A program made the position numbers and the translations under genes. A model generated the notes under the pieces. That model was given only the letters and a program-made list of their open reading frames with translations, was not told the origin of the DNA and did not search any database. 29,272 nt of DNA from Opitutales bacterium (lineage in GTDB: Bacteria > Verrucomicrobiota > Verrucomicrobiia > Opitutales > UBA9783): assembly GCA_024407725.1 (NCBI GenBank), contig JAKSVZ010000011.1, positions 1 through 29,272 on the forward strand, written 5' to 3'. This document shows, in pieces, positions 14,593-22,630 of the stretch (position 1 is the first letter of the stretch; each line of letters begins with the position of its first letter).

Positions 14593-15155
14593 AAAAGTTG
14601 ATTTCCATCATCCTGCTCATCCTCATCAACCTATGGCTTATGGGTAGCGGCTTAAGCAAGTGGATTCGCATCCACCGTTTAAGTTCAACCCAGTTGGTCA
14701 TGGCTTCTACTCCTGCTAAATTGAATGCCCTCAACACCAGTTATCGGGAAAAAATCTTTCCTTGGAAATCCTACATGCAGCTTCAACAATCCCAGCAGGC
14801 GTTAAAATCCCTGTTTAAGGCTGTACTCCTGCAAGAAATGCAATGGGGAGCTGCTACCCCCGATCCGCTTCGACCCAGAGTTTTTCGCCATCCAGTAACC
14901 ATCACAGGGTTTGTGCTCCATCTCGACTGCTATCCATTATTGGAAGCGCTCGCACATTCCAACTTACCTATTTGGGTTCAACAGTGCACCTTTCAACGCA
15001 ATGGGTTGTGCAATCAAGGATTACAGTTCACCTGCGCCCTACAGGTCGCTACGCTTACCGAAACAACCTCAATTGAGCCATCGAATCTGCATTCGCCGCT
15101 GAACCACTCGCGCGCAGCAAAGCAAACAGGGACAGCTCGGGATGCTCGCGAATAA
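14589..15155 (+). CDS. Hypothetical signal-anchored protein (GspM/PilO-like position)
   Basis: ATG 14589 overlaps the upstream TGA (ATGA), which suggests translational coupling. N-terminus MKKLISIILLILINLWLMG. The ORF track opens at 14565. The last 101 nt overlap the convergent exonuclease gene. Confidence 0.5.
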   Translation: MKKLISIILLILINLWLMGSGLSKWIRIHRLSSTQLVMASTPAKLNALNTSYREKIFPWKSYMQLQQSQQALKSLFKAVLLQEMQWGAATPDPLRPRVFRHPVTITGFVLHLDCYPLLEALAHSNLPIWVQQCTFQRNGLCNQGLQFTCALQVATLTETTSIEPSNLHSPLNHSRAAKQTGTARDARE

Positions 15156-15708
15156 AATTTAACGCTAAAAGCGCGCATCCCAAGGCATCGAACAAAGCGC
15201 AGTGGTAATGGCGACGGTCAGCAGGGCAAAAGCGCTCCCCTAAGGCATTTAACACCTCCTGTAATCTCATAACCTGCACTAAATCCTGCAGGTTATACGA
15301 TGGCTGATTCACCGCATTTTTATACAAACCATAGGTATCGACCCACGGCCCCCATTGGTTGGACGGAAACTCAGGAAGTTGCTTACCCGAAAACACAATG
15401 GGTACGTAAGAACTCAAGAGCGTATGCTCAAAAATCGCATTATGGGCGCAAAAAAAATAATTTTTACGCAGCGCTACCAATTGCGGCACAATGGCAGCAA
15501 AATCCGGACAGTTTGCCAAACGCTGAGCTTTAATTTGGTGCACCTGAAAATCCTGCTCTGGAATATGCTTTTTATTCTTACAAAATCCGGTTGTGGAGGT
15601 AAAAATCCCGCGTTGAGAATCAATTCCGACCCAGCCGTATTCCAAAACACCAGTTGTTAAGCTGCCTTCAAAATCCAATGCGTAGATAATAAATGATTCT
15701 AGGCTCAT
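15055..15708 (-). CDS. DEDDh 3'-5' exonuclease (DnaQ-epsilon / RNase T-like)
   Basis: Exo I ALDFE, Exo II FCAHNAIFE, Exo III HYHCALFDA. Confidence 0.8.
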   Translation of the reverse strand: MSLESFIIYALDFEGSLTTGVLEYGWVGIDSQRGIFTSTTGFCKNKKHIPEQDFQVHQIKAQRLANCPDFAAIVPQLVALRKNYFFCAHNAIFEHTLLSSYVPIVFSGKQLPEFPSNQWGPWVDTYGLYKNAVNQPSYNLQDLVQVMRLQEVLNALGERFCPADRRHYHCALFDALGCALLALNFIREHPELSLFALLRASGSAANADSMAQLRLFR

Positions 15709-15803
15709 TAAAATTTAACAGAATACAGAAACTGCATGCTTTTTAATTGACAAACATCCCATCTCATTTTTGATAAATTATCAAGTAAGTCGTTGGTTAA
15801 CAA

Positions 15804-15880
15804 GCACCTTTAGCTCAATTGGATAGAGCATCTGACTACGGATCAGAAGGTTGGGGGTTCGACTCCCTTAAGGTGCGCCA
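15804..15880 (+). tRNA. tRNA-Arg (anticodon ACG), CCA encoded
   Basis: Acceptor GCACCTT/AAGGTGC, D arm GCTC-AATTGGATA-GAGC, anticodon arm TCTGA-CTACGGA-TCAGA, T arm GGGGG-TTCGACT-CCCTT, discriminator G plus CCA. A TTGACA sits at 15747-15752 upstream. Confidence 0.95.
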
Positions 15881-16005
15881 GCTTTTCTGCATTCGCCTAA
15901 GGTTTTTTACTTAAGGCAGTTCGCAAGTATTTTCAAAAATAAAACGCAAGTTTTTTTCATAAAAAAATTGAAAAACGGCGCACTTATTGCATAGTCTATA
16001 AATAC

Positions 16006-17193
16006 ATGGAATCTGGAAATTTACTTATTTTACAATCAGGTCTGTCGGGTGTAGTTGGCAATTCCATCCTCTACGGATTACTGAATGAAGCATTACAGCA
16101 TGAAGCGATCGAAGAGATTTATGGAGCCTATGATGGGTTCGAAGGAATAGCTAGTGCCCATTGGATCCCCTTAGCCGATTTGCCACAAAAAACGGTTCAA
16201 AACCTCCTTTCTACCTCCGGTTATGCCTTAAAGCATGAAAGCGATGGATTTGCTCCCAACGATGAAGTTTTCCATCAAATGGTCGAAAATTTATCGAAAA
16301 ACAACATTAAATGGGTCGCGGTTATTGGCAATCAAAGTTCGATGATCTGGAGCCAACAATTACTGCAAGCAGCTGAAGCAGCTCATTATCCCTTGCAGGT
16401 ATTGGTTGCCCCTCAATCCAATCACAATGACCTACCGATTACGGATTACAGCCTTGGTTACGGCAGCGTTCTAAAGTTTTTAAATGCCAGCCTGATTTCG
16501 TTCAAAAAGATGCTGGCGGAAGAACGCATCCCTGTTGGAATTTTTGAAATTGATGGGTGCAAAAATGGTTGGATTCCAGCCGGTACAATTCTATCGCAAA
16601 TCAAGTCCAGCAAAACGAGCGATATGAATGAGTTGCCCTATGTGGTATGCTTACCGGAGCAACCGTTTGAAAGCGCAACGTTTTTGGATAAAGTACGTGC
16701 CAAACGCCGTCCTAACACCCCACTGACGATTGTTACCAGCTCTCAATTGATTGATGCGGATGGTCAACCGTTAGATATCCAACATTATGGCTCGGTAAAG
16801 ACCTATCTTGAGTACCTCATTCAGGACAACCTTAAACTGGTAACCTATGGGACTCAATGTAACTTATACACCCAAGCTTTATCGCACTTTATTTCGAAGC
16901 AAGACCAAGACAATGCGGTTAACTGCGGAACGGAAACCATAAAAGCTTTGATGGATGGAGTCAGCGGAAAGGCAGCTATCTTGGTAAAAGGAAACCGCAA
17001 AGATGCTTTATGCGACATCGACTTTGTCCCGTTCAAAGATATGGAAAACGGAACAAAATTCTTCCCAGTCGATTGGATTACAGCTGATGGGTTATCGGTT
17101 AACTACTCCATGGTTAAGTATGCAGCGCCATTAATCAAAGGGGAAGTTGCTGAAGCTTTTGAAAACGGAATTCCGCATTTAGCTCAGCTCTAA
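16006..17193 (+). CDS. Phosphofructokinase-fold protein with divergent catalytic motifs
   Basis: By eye this is collinear with the PfkA family. LLILQSGLSGVVGNSILYG aligns with SGGDAPGMN, AVIGNQSS with IGGDGS, PQSNHNDLPITDYSLGYGS with TIDNDxxxTDxTxGF, and FEIDGCKNGW with VEVMGR. Confidence 0.55.
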   Translation: MESGNLLILQSGLSGVVGNSILYGLLNEALQHEAIEEIYGAYDGFEGIASAHWIPLADLPQKTVQNLLSTSGYALKHESDGFAPNDEVFHQMVENLSKNNIKWVAVIGNQSSMIWSQQLLQAAEAAHYPLQVLVAPQSNHNDLPITDYSLGYGSVLKFLNASLISFKKMLAEERIPVGIFEIDGCKNGWIPAGTILSQIKSSKTSDMNELPYVVCLPEQPFESATFLDKVRAKRRPNTPLTIVTSSQLIDADGQPLDIQHYGSVKTYLEYLIQDNLKLVTYGTQCNLYTQALSHFISKQDQDNAVNCGTETIKALMDGVSGKAAILVKGNRKDALCDIDFVPFKDMENGTKFFPVDWITADGLSVNYSMVKYAAPLIKGEVAEAFENGIPHLAQL

Positions 17194-17213
17194 GATTGGA
17201 TCGCAACCCGCTT

Positions 17214-18134
17214 ATGAACGTAGCGTTATTGTTTCCGGGACAAGGTGCACAAGCTGTTGGGATGGGGCAAGAATGGTACCAATCCAACGCTTCTGTGCGA
17301 TCCTTTTTCGACCAAGCGGATCAGGTGTTGAAAACCCACTGTCAATTTCAATACAATCTGAGCGACCTCTGTTTCAACGGTCCTGAGGATAAGCTCCAAG
17401 CAACGTACATCTGCCAACCGGCTTTGTACGTTATGGGGTACGCGATTGCGGAGCAGCTCAAGCAAACGCATACGGTAGTAGCGGCAACCGGAATCAGTTT
17501 AGGGGTCGTAACCGCTTATGCGAGTGCCGGCGTATGGGATTTTGAAACCGGATTGCGGATTGTTGCCGAACGTAGTCGGTTGATGCAAATTGCTTGCGGG
17601 GAGCATCCTACCGGCATGTTAGCCATGATCGGAGGAAGCGAAGAGCAATTGCAGCAATTATGCACCGATTTTAATTTAGATATTGCCAACCGCAATTGTC
17701 CGGGTCAAACCGCTGTATCGGGTTTATTGGAAGATCTGGAAAAGGCACGGTTTGTAGCGGAAGAACGTGGGTTTAAGCGCGCAATTCTTTTAAAAACCGC
17801 TGGGGGTTATCATTCTCGATGGATGCAATCTGCCAGCAAGGGATTTGAGGAGTTTTTAGCCCCTATTCCATTTAAAACGCCAAGTTTTCCGGTTATTTCC
17901 AACACAACCGGCAAACCTATTTCAGACCCAGAAAGTATTCGCAAAGCACTCGTGACGCAAGTGACGCAAACGATTCAAGTGGAAGCCTGTTTGCGCTACC
18001 TCAGCACGTTGGAATTCGAAGTAGGGTTTGAATGCGGCCCAGGCAATGTCCTTGCAGGCTTAGCCAAGCGCACCGAACCGCGGCTGTGCATCAAAAGCGC
18101 CGCGACCCCAGACGTTTTAAACGCGTTAACGTAA
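17214..18134 (+). CDS. fabD: Malonyl-CoA:ACP transacylase
   Basis: LLFPGQGAQAVGMG, nucleophile elbow GISLG, GGYHSRWM. The ORF track opens at TTG 17196. ATG 17214 (MNVALLFPGQGAQ) is preferred. Confidence 0.85.
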   Translation: MNVALLFPGQGAQAVGMGQEWYQSNASVRSFFDQADQVLKTHCQFQYNLSDLCFNGPEDKLQATYICQPALYVMGYAIAEQLKQTHTVVAATGISLGVVTAYASAGVWDFETGLRIVAERSRLMQIACGEHPTGMLAMIGGSEEQLQQLCTDFNLDIANRNCPGQTAVSGLLEDLEKARFVAEERGFKRAILLKTAGGYHSRWMQSASKGFEEFLAPIPFKTPSFPVISNTTGKPISDPESIRKALVTQVTQTIQVEACLRYLSTLEFEVGFECGPGNVLAGLAKRTEPRLCIKSAATPDVLNALT

Positions 18135-18206
18135 GCCATTGATCCAGCACGCTTGCGTAAAATTTTTGATGCTTAATGCCGGTTTTTCATTTATGATACA
18201 AGCATA

Positions 18207-19988
18207 ATGGAGGATTCAATTCGCAACTTTTGTATCATTGCCCATGTGGATCATGGGAAAACGACGCTATCGGATCGCCTATTGGAAATGACCCAAACGG
18301 TGGATAAGCACAAGATGCAAGACCAATTGCTCGATTCCATGGATTTGGAACGCGAAAAAGGCATTACCATCAAATCCCATCCAGTTACGCTCCATTACAA
18401 AAATTATCTGTTGAACCTCATTGATACACCGGGGCACGTTGATTTTTCGTACGAAGTTGCCCGCAGTTTGGCGGCCTGCGAAGGAGCGATTTTGTTGATT
18501 GATGCGTCTCAAGGGATTGAAGCGCAAACCATGTCCAACGCGTTATTGGCCATGCAAAATGGACTCACTATCATCCCGGTGCTCAACAAAATCGATCTTC
18601 CGAGCGCCAATCCCGAACGGGTTAAGCGGCAAATCGAAGATATGTTGGCGATTCCAGCCAATGAAACCCTAAATGTCAGCGGTAAAACCGGCGCAGGCGT
18701 CCCTGAACTCCTGCAGGCGGTAATTGAACGTATTCCGTCGCCCAAAGGCGCTTCCGACGCTCCTCTACAAGCACTCATCTTTGACGCGGTATATGATACC
18801 TACAAGGGAATTATTTGCTATGTACGCTTGGTAAACGGCAGCTTAAAGACAGGGCAAACGCTTACGATGATGCGCCATGCGAACGGCGTGCTACAAGCAA
18901 AGGAAATTGGTATTTTTACGCCGCATATGCAGCCGGTTGAAACACTCCAAAACGGCGATGTTGGGTACATCATTACCAGCTTAAAAAACCTAACCGACAT
19001 CAAGATTGGCGATACGATTACCTCCGTTCAAACCCCAGCTGCTCAGCCGCTTCCTGGGTACAAGGAAATCAAGCCCATGGTGTTTAGCGGTATTTATCCC
19101 TTGGACACCAGCGAATACGAGCGCTTAAAAGCTGGGCTTGCAAAGCTGCAATTGAACGACGCATCGTTATCCTTTCAGGCAGAAAGCTCAACCGCTTTAG
19201 GGTTTGGGTTCCGCTGCGGATTTTTGGGACTCCTGCACATGGAAATCATCCAAGAACGCTTGCACCGCGAATACAATCTGGACTTAATCGCAACCTACCC
19301 AAGCGTTGTTTATCACGTGTTTTTAACGGATGGCACCGAGTTGGACATCGATAATCCCCTGCGTCTGCCCGACCCCTCGAACATTGACCATTTGGAAGAG
19401 CCAACCATCAAGGCATCCATTCATATCCCCAACGATGCCATTGGGTGTATACTTGATTTAATCCGAGAAAAACGCGGCACCTGCTTATCTACCGAAAGCA
19501 TTGATGAAAAGCGCGTCCTGCTCACCTGCATCCTGCCGTTAAACGAAATCCTCGTTGATTTCAATGACCGCCTGAAAAGCTTAACCAAGGGGTACGGTTC
19601 CATGGACTACGAATTCAGCGATTATGTACCGTCCGATTTGGTTAAAATGGATATCTTGGTCAACGGCGAACCGGTTGATGCCTTTTCCAGCATTATTCAT
19701 CGCGAAAAATCTGAATCCCATGGCCGCATGCTCTGCGAACGCCTTAAGGATTTGCTCCCACGCCAAATGTTTAAAGTTCCGATTCAAGCAGCAGTCGGCG
19801 GTAAGGTGGTCGCCCGCGAAACCTTAAGCGCTTACCGAAAGGATGTCACCGCTAAATGCTACGGCGGCGATATTACCCGCAAGCGCAAGCTGCTCGAAAA
19901 ACAAAAAGAGGGTAAAAAACGAATGAAACAAATCGGGCATGTCTTTATCCCTCAGGAAACCTTCGTTAATATTTTGAAGTCACGCTAG
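18207..19988 (+). CDS. lepA: Elongation factor 4 (LepA)
   Basis: NFCIIAHVDHGKTTLSDRLL, DTPGHVDF, NKIDL and a LepA-specific C-terminal domain (YGGDITRKRKLLEKQKEGKKRMK). Confidence 0.97.
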   Translation: MEDSIRNFCIIAHVDHGKTTLSDRLLEMTQTVDKHKMQDQLLDSMDLEREKGITIKSHPVTLHYKNYLLNLIDTPGHVDFSYEVARSLAACEGAILLIDASQGIEAQTMSNALLAMQNGLTIIPVLNKIDLPSANPERVKRQIEDMLAIPANETLNVSGKTGAGVPELLQAVIERIPSPKGASDAPLQALIFDAVYDTYKGIICYVRLVNGSLKTGQTLTMMRHANGVLQAKEIGIFTPHMQPVETLQNGDVGYIITSLKNLTDIKIGDTITSVQTPAAQPLPGYKEIKPMVFSGIYPLDTSEYERLKAGLAKLQLNDASLSFQAESSTALGFGFRCGFLGLLHMEIIQERLHREYNLDLIATYPSVVYHVFLTDGTELDIDNPLRLPDPSNIDHLEEPTIKASIHIPNDAIGCILDLIREKRGTCLSTESIDEKRVLLTCILPLNEILVDFNDRLKSLTKGYGSMDYEFSDYVPSDLVKMDILVNGEPVDAFSSIIHREKSESHGRMLCERLKDLLPRQMFKVPIQAAVGGKVVARETLSAYRKDVTAKCYGGDITRKRKLLEKQKEGKKRMKQIGHVFIPQETFVNILKSR

Positions 19989-20962
19989 GGTTGGATGTGA
20001 ATCGCCCATACATTAGATGGGAGTTTAAAGTGAACCTTGGGTTCAACTCCCTGCACCCGAAATGCGAGTACTTTTTGATCATCCCGTTCAAAATCGCTAC
20101 AGATCTCTATGGAAAGATTCGGTTTTGCAACTGATATTTCAACATTATCAAGGGATGTTGCTAAAATACGCTTCTCCTTATACATTCTATTGTTATCGTC
20201 CATGTGACGATACCTTAATACATGTTTCTCATTTACATTTGAACAGGAAAGAATGCGCCAAATATTATCATTATCTATACTTATAATTAGCTTGTTATTT
20301 TTGAACGGTTCTTCTTTATCAAAAAAGTCCTGCATCTTATCCAGCTGAACCTCATATATTTTCTTTTTTTGATTATTCACAGTCTCAATCATCTCATTTC
20401 TCATTGCGTCATATAAATAGAACTCAGCATACTCATTAGCTTTGGTTATTATACATTTCATCTCGTCATGAAAGTCTTCCATCGAAGTGAATGTAACAAG
20501 GGGGGTTAAGCCTACTCCACTTAAGCCTACTGAGTACTTCCACGTCCAATGCTCAAATGACTCATCAGAAAATTTAACGGGAGTACCGTAACTCTTTTGT
20601 AAAAAGTCAAAACAACACTTGTTGCAGCATGTATTGACAACCTCAGACTTCCAACCAAACAGAGAACCTTTGCATTTGAAAATTTTCTCGTAACAATTCT
20701 GAAGCGCTTTTTTACCTGCCCAGCTTAACTTTTTATCTGTTTGCACTTCTATTGTTTTTTCTATCACAAACTTTATTTTTACTTCATCATCTGCCTGATC
20801 AAAATATCCCGAGAAATGCTCTAAATCCTTCACCCACAATTTATGTAGTTTTTTTAAAGTGAAATAATATCTTTTGATCGAACCCAAATTGCATTTGGTC
20901 AAAATATTCTTACCTAGTTTTGAGCCTATCCAACTAGGAACAAAATCAAATATTTTATTCAT
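19985..20962 (-). CDS. Hypothetical protein; AT-rich orphan translationally coupled to metG
   Basis: 325-aa ORF. Its ATG lies inside the metG terminal codons (ATGAATAA, 8-nt overlap). Cys cluster CCNKCC. No motif recognised. It is markedly more AT-rich than its neighbours. Confidence 0.6.
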   Translation of the reverse strand: MNKIFDFVPSWIGSKLGKNILTKCNLGSIKRYYFTLKKLHKLWVKDLEHFSGYFDQADDEVKIKFVIEKTIEVQTDKKLSWAGKKALQNCYEKIFKCKGSLFGWKSEVVNTCCNKCCFDFLQKSYGTPVKFSDESFEHWTWKYSVGLSGVGLTPLVTFTSMEDFHDEMKCIITKANEYAEFYLYDAMRNEMIETVNNQKKKIYEVQLDKMQDFFDKEEPFKNNKLIISIDNDNIWRILSCSNVNEKHVLRYRHMDDNNRMYKEKRILATSLDNVEISVAKPNLSIEICSDFERDDQKVLAFRVQGVEPKVHFKLPSNVWAIHIQP

Positions 20963-22493
20963 TTTCTACCCTTGGGAAAAGCACCGCACCTTTTTGGACG
21001 CTAACGGTCGGAGTTAACGTGCCCCATTGATCCAAACGCTCATAAGTTGTATCGGAGGCCTGCGCGCCGATTTGCTCCCACAAACGCGGCATGGTGGTAG
21101 GCATAAAGGGCAATAATAAGCCGCTTACGATGCGCCATGTTTCCAGCAAGTTGTACAAAACAGTCGCTAAACGGGCTTTTTGCTGCAGATCTTTGGCTAA
21201 TTTCCACGGTGCGGTTTCATCCACATATTTGTTGGCGGCATCGACCACCGAAAAGATTTCCGCCAGCGCTTCATTCAAGCGCGAAGCATCAATCGCCTGC
21301 TCCACCTTTGACCTTAACGCACTGGCGGCGGCAATCAACGCATCATCAACAGGTGCCGAGCAACGTTCAGCCGGTAGGGTTCCGCCAAAGTACTTTTCGA
21401 CCATGGCAACGGTTCGCGAAACCCCATTACCCAAGCCATTCGCTAAATCCGCGTTGTAGCGCGCGAGCATAACATCGGGCGAAAACAGGCTGTCGTTTTC
21501 CAAAATCATTTCGCGTAGGATATGATAACGCACTGCATCCACCCCGTACTGGTCACACAACGGCTTCGGGGCAACCACATTGCCTACCGATTTGCTCATT
21601 TTTTGACCATCCATCAAAATCCACCCATGCACGACCAAGCGCTTAGGCAGCGGCAAATCCAAGGCCATCAATAACGCCGGCCAAATGATGGCATGAAAGC
21701 GCATGATGTCTTTAGCAACCCAATGAGCATTGGCAGGCCAAAATTGTTTGAAATCGCCCGAAAATTGGTCATTTTCATGCCCCAACGCACTCAGGTAGTT
21801 GGAGAGCGCATCAATCCAAACGTACACAATATGTTTTGGGTCGGACGGGACGGGAATCCCCCAAGTAAAGCTGGAGCGCGTGACGCATAAATCCTCCAAT
21901 CCGGGCTTAATGAAATTGTTAACCAACTCAAGCGCGCGGGATTTTGGCTGCAAATAATCCGTGTTGAGCAGCAAATCCTCCAATCGGTCGGCAAACTGAG
22001 AAAGTTTAAAAAAGTACGCTTCTTCGCTGGCATCAATCACCTCGCGGCCACAATCCGGACAACACCCATTGACCAATTGCTTGACCGGCCAAAAGGTTTC
22101 GCACGGCGTACAGTATTTACCGGTATACGTTCCTTTATAAATGAATCCACGGTCGCATAGCTTTTGAAACACCGCCTGTACCGTTTTTACATGATACGCA
22201 TCGGTGGTACGTACAAAACGGTCATAGCTGATGTTCAACAAGCTCCATACCTGCTTAAAGCTATCCGTTATGCGATCGACATAGGCTTGCGGGGTAATGC
22301 CCTCTTGCTTTGCTTTTTGCTCAATCTTCAACCCATGCTCATCCGTACCGGTTAAAAACAGCACGTTGTCGCCCTTCATCCGATGATACCGCGCAACTAC
22401 ATCGCACGCCACCGTCGTATAACAATGCCCAATGTGCGGATTGCCAGAAGGGTAATAGATCGGAGTGGTAATAAAAAAGTTATTCTGCTGCAT
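20955..22493 (-). CDS. metG: Methionyl-tRNA synthetase (short form, no C-terminal tRNA-binding appendix)
   Basis: HIGH motif (PSGNPHIGH), KMSKS, and a Zn knuckle CTPCETF ... CPDCG. Confidence 0.97.
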   Translation of the reverse strand: MQQNNFFITTPIYYPSGNPHIGHCYTTVACDVVARYHRMKGDNVLFLTGTDEHGLKIEQKAKQEGITPQAYVDRITDSFKQVWSLLNISYDRFVRTTDAYHVKTVQAVFQKLCDRGFIYKGTYTGKYCTPCETFWPVKQLVNGCCPDCGREVIDASEEAYFFKLSQFADRLEDLLLNTDYLQPKSRALELVNNFIKPGLEDLCVTRSSFTWGIPVPSDPKHIVYVWIDALSNYLSALGHENDQFSGDFKQFWPANAHWVAKDIMRFHAIIWPALLMALDLPLPKRLVVHGWILMDGQKMSKSVGNVVAPKPLCDQYGVDAVRYHILREMILENDSLFSPDVMLARYNADLANGLGNGVSRTVAMVEKYFGGTLPAERCSAPVDDALIAAASALRSKVEQAIDASRLNEALAEIFSVVDAANKYVDETAPWKLAKDLQQKARLATVLYNLLETWRIVSGLLLPFMPTTMPRLWEQIGAQASDTTYERLDQWGTLTPTVSVQKGAVLFPRVENE

Positions 22494-22630
22494 CCTAGGA
22501 TTCTAATTAACTACCTAAATAGTTAATGAAAATTCGCTAGGAAGCAATTGAATAACCCACGAATAGGGGCAAAAAACGACTAAACAAGCCTGTTTTTACA
22601 TCAAAAAAAGGGATCAACAACTCGCTAATA

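Noticed and set aside
14034-15660. ORFs 14034..14228(-), 14093..14431(-), 14843..15076(+), 14911..15102(+), 15300..15533(+) and 15355..15660(+)
   Set aside because: These are alternative frames or strands of the 446-aa, 196-aa and exonuclease genes. They reflect locally stop-poor sequence rather than extra genes.
15895-15917. GCCTAAGG-TTTTTTA-CTTAAGGC hairpin after tRNA-Arg, as a terminator
   Set aside because: The stem has a mismatch and a G-T pair, the T-run is in the loop rather than after the stem, and no U-tract follows.
16854-19827. Short ORFs opposite or out of frame within the PFK-like gene, fabD and lepA
   Set aside because: Shadow ORFs inside well-supported genes.
20062-22355. Plus-strand ORFs 20062..20286, 21091..21459, 21137..21472, 21693..21890 and 22164..22355, and minus-strand alternative-frame ORF 21791..22036
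   Set aside because: They lie opposite or out of frame with metG and the 325-aa ORF. They have Arg/Ser/Pro-rich antisense-type composition.
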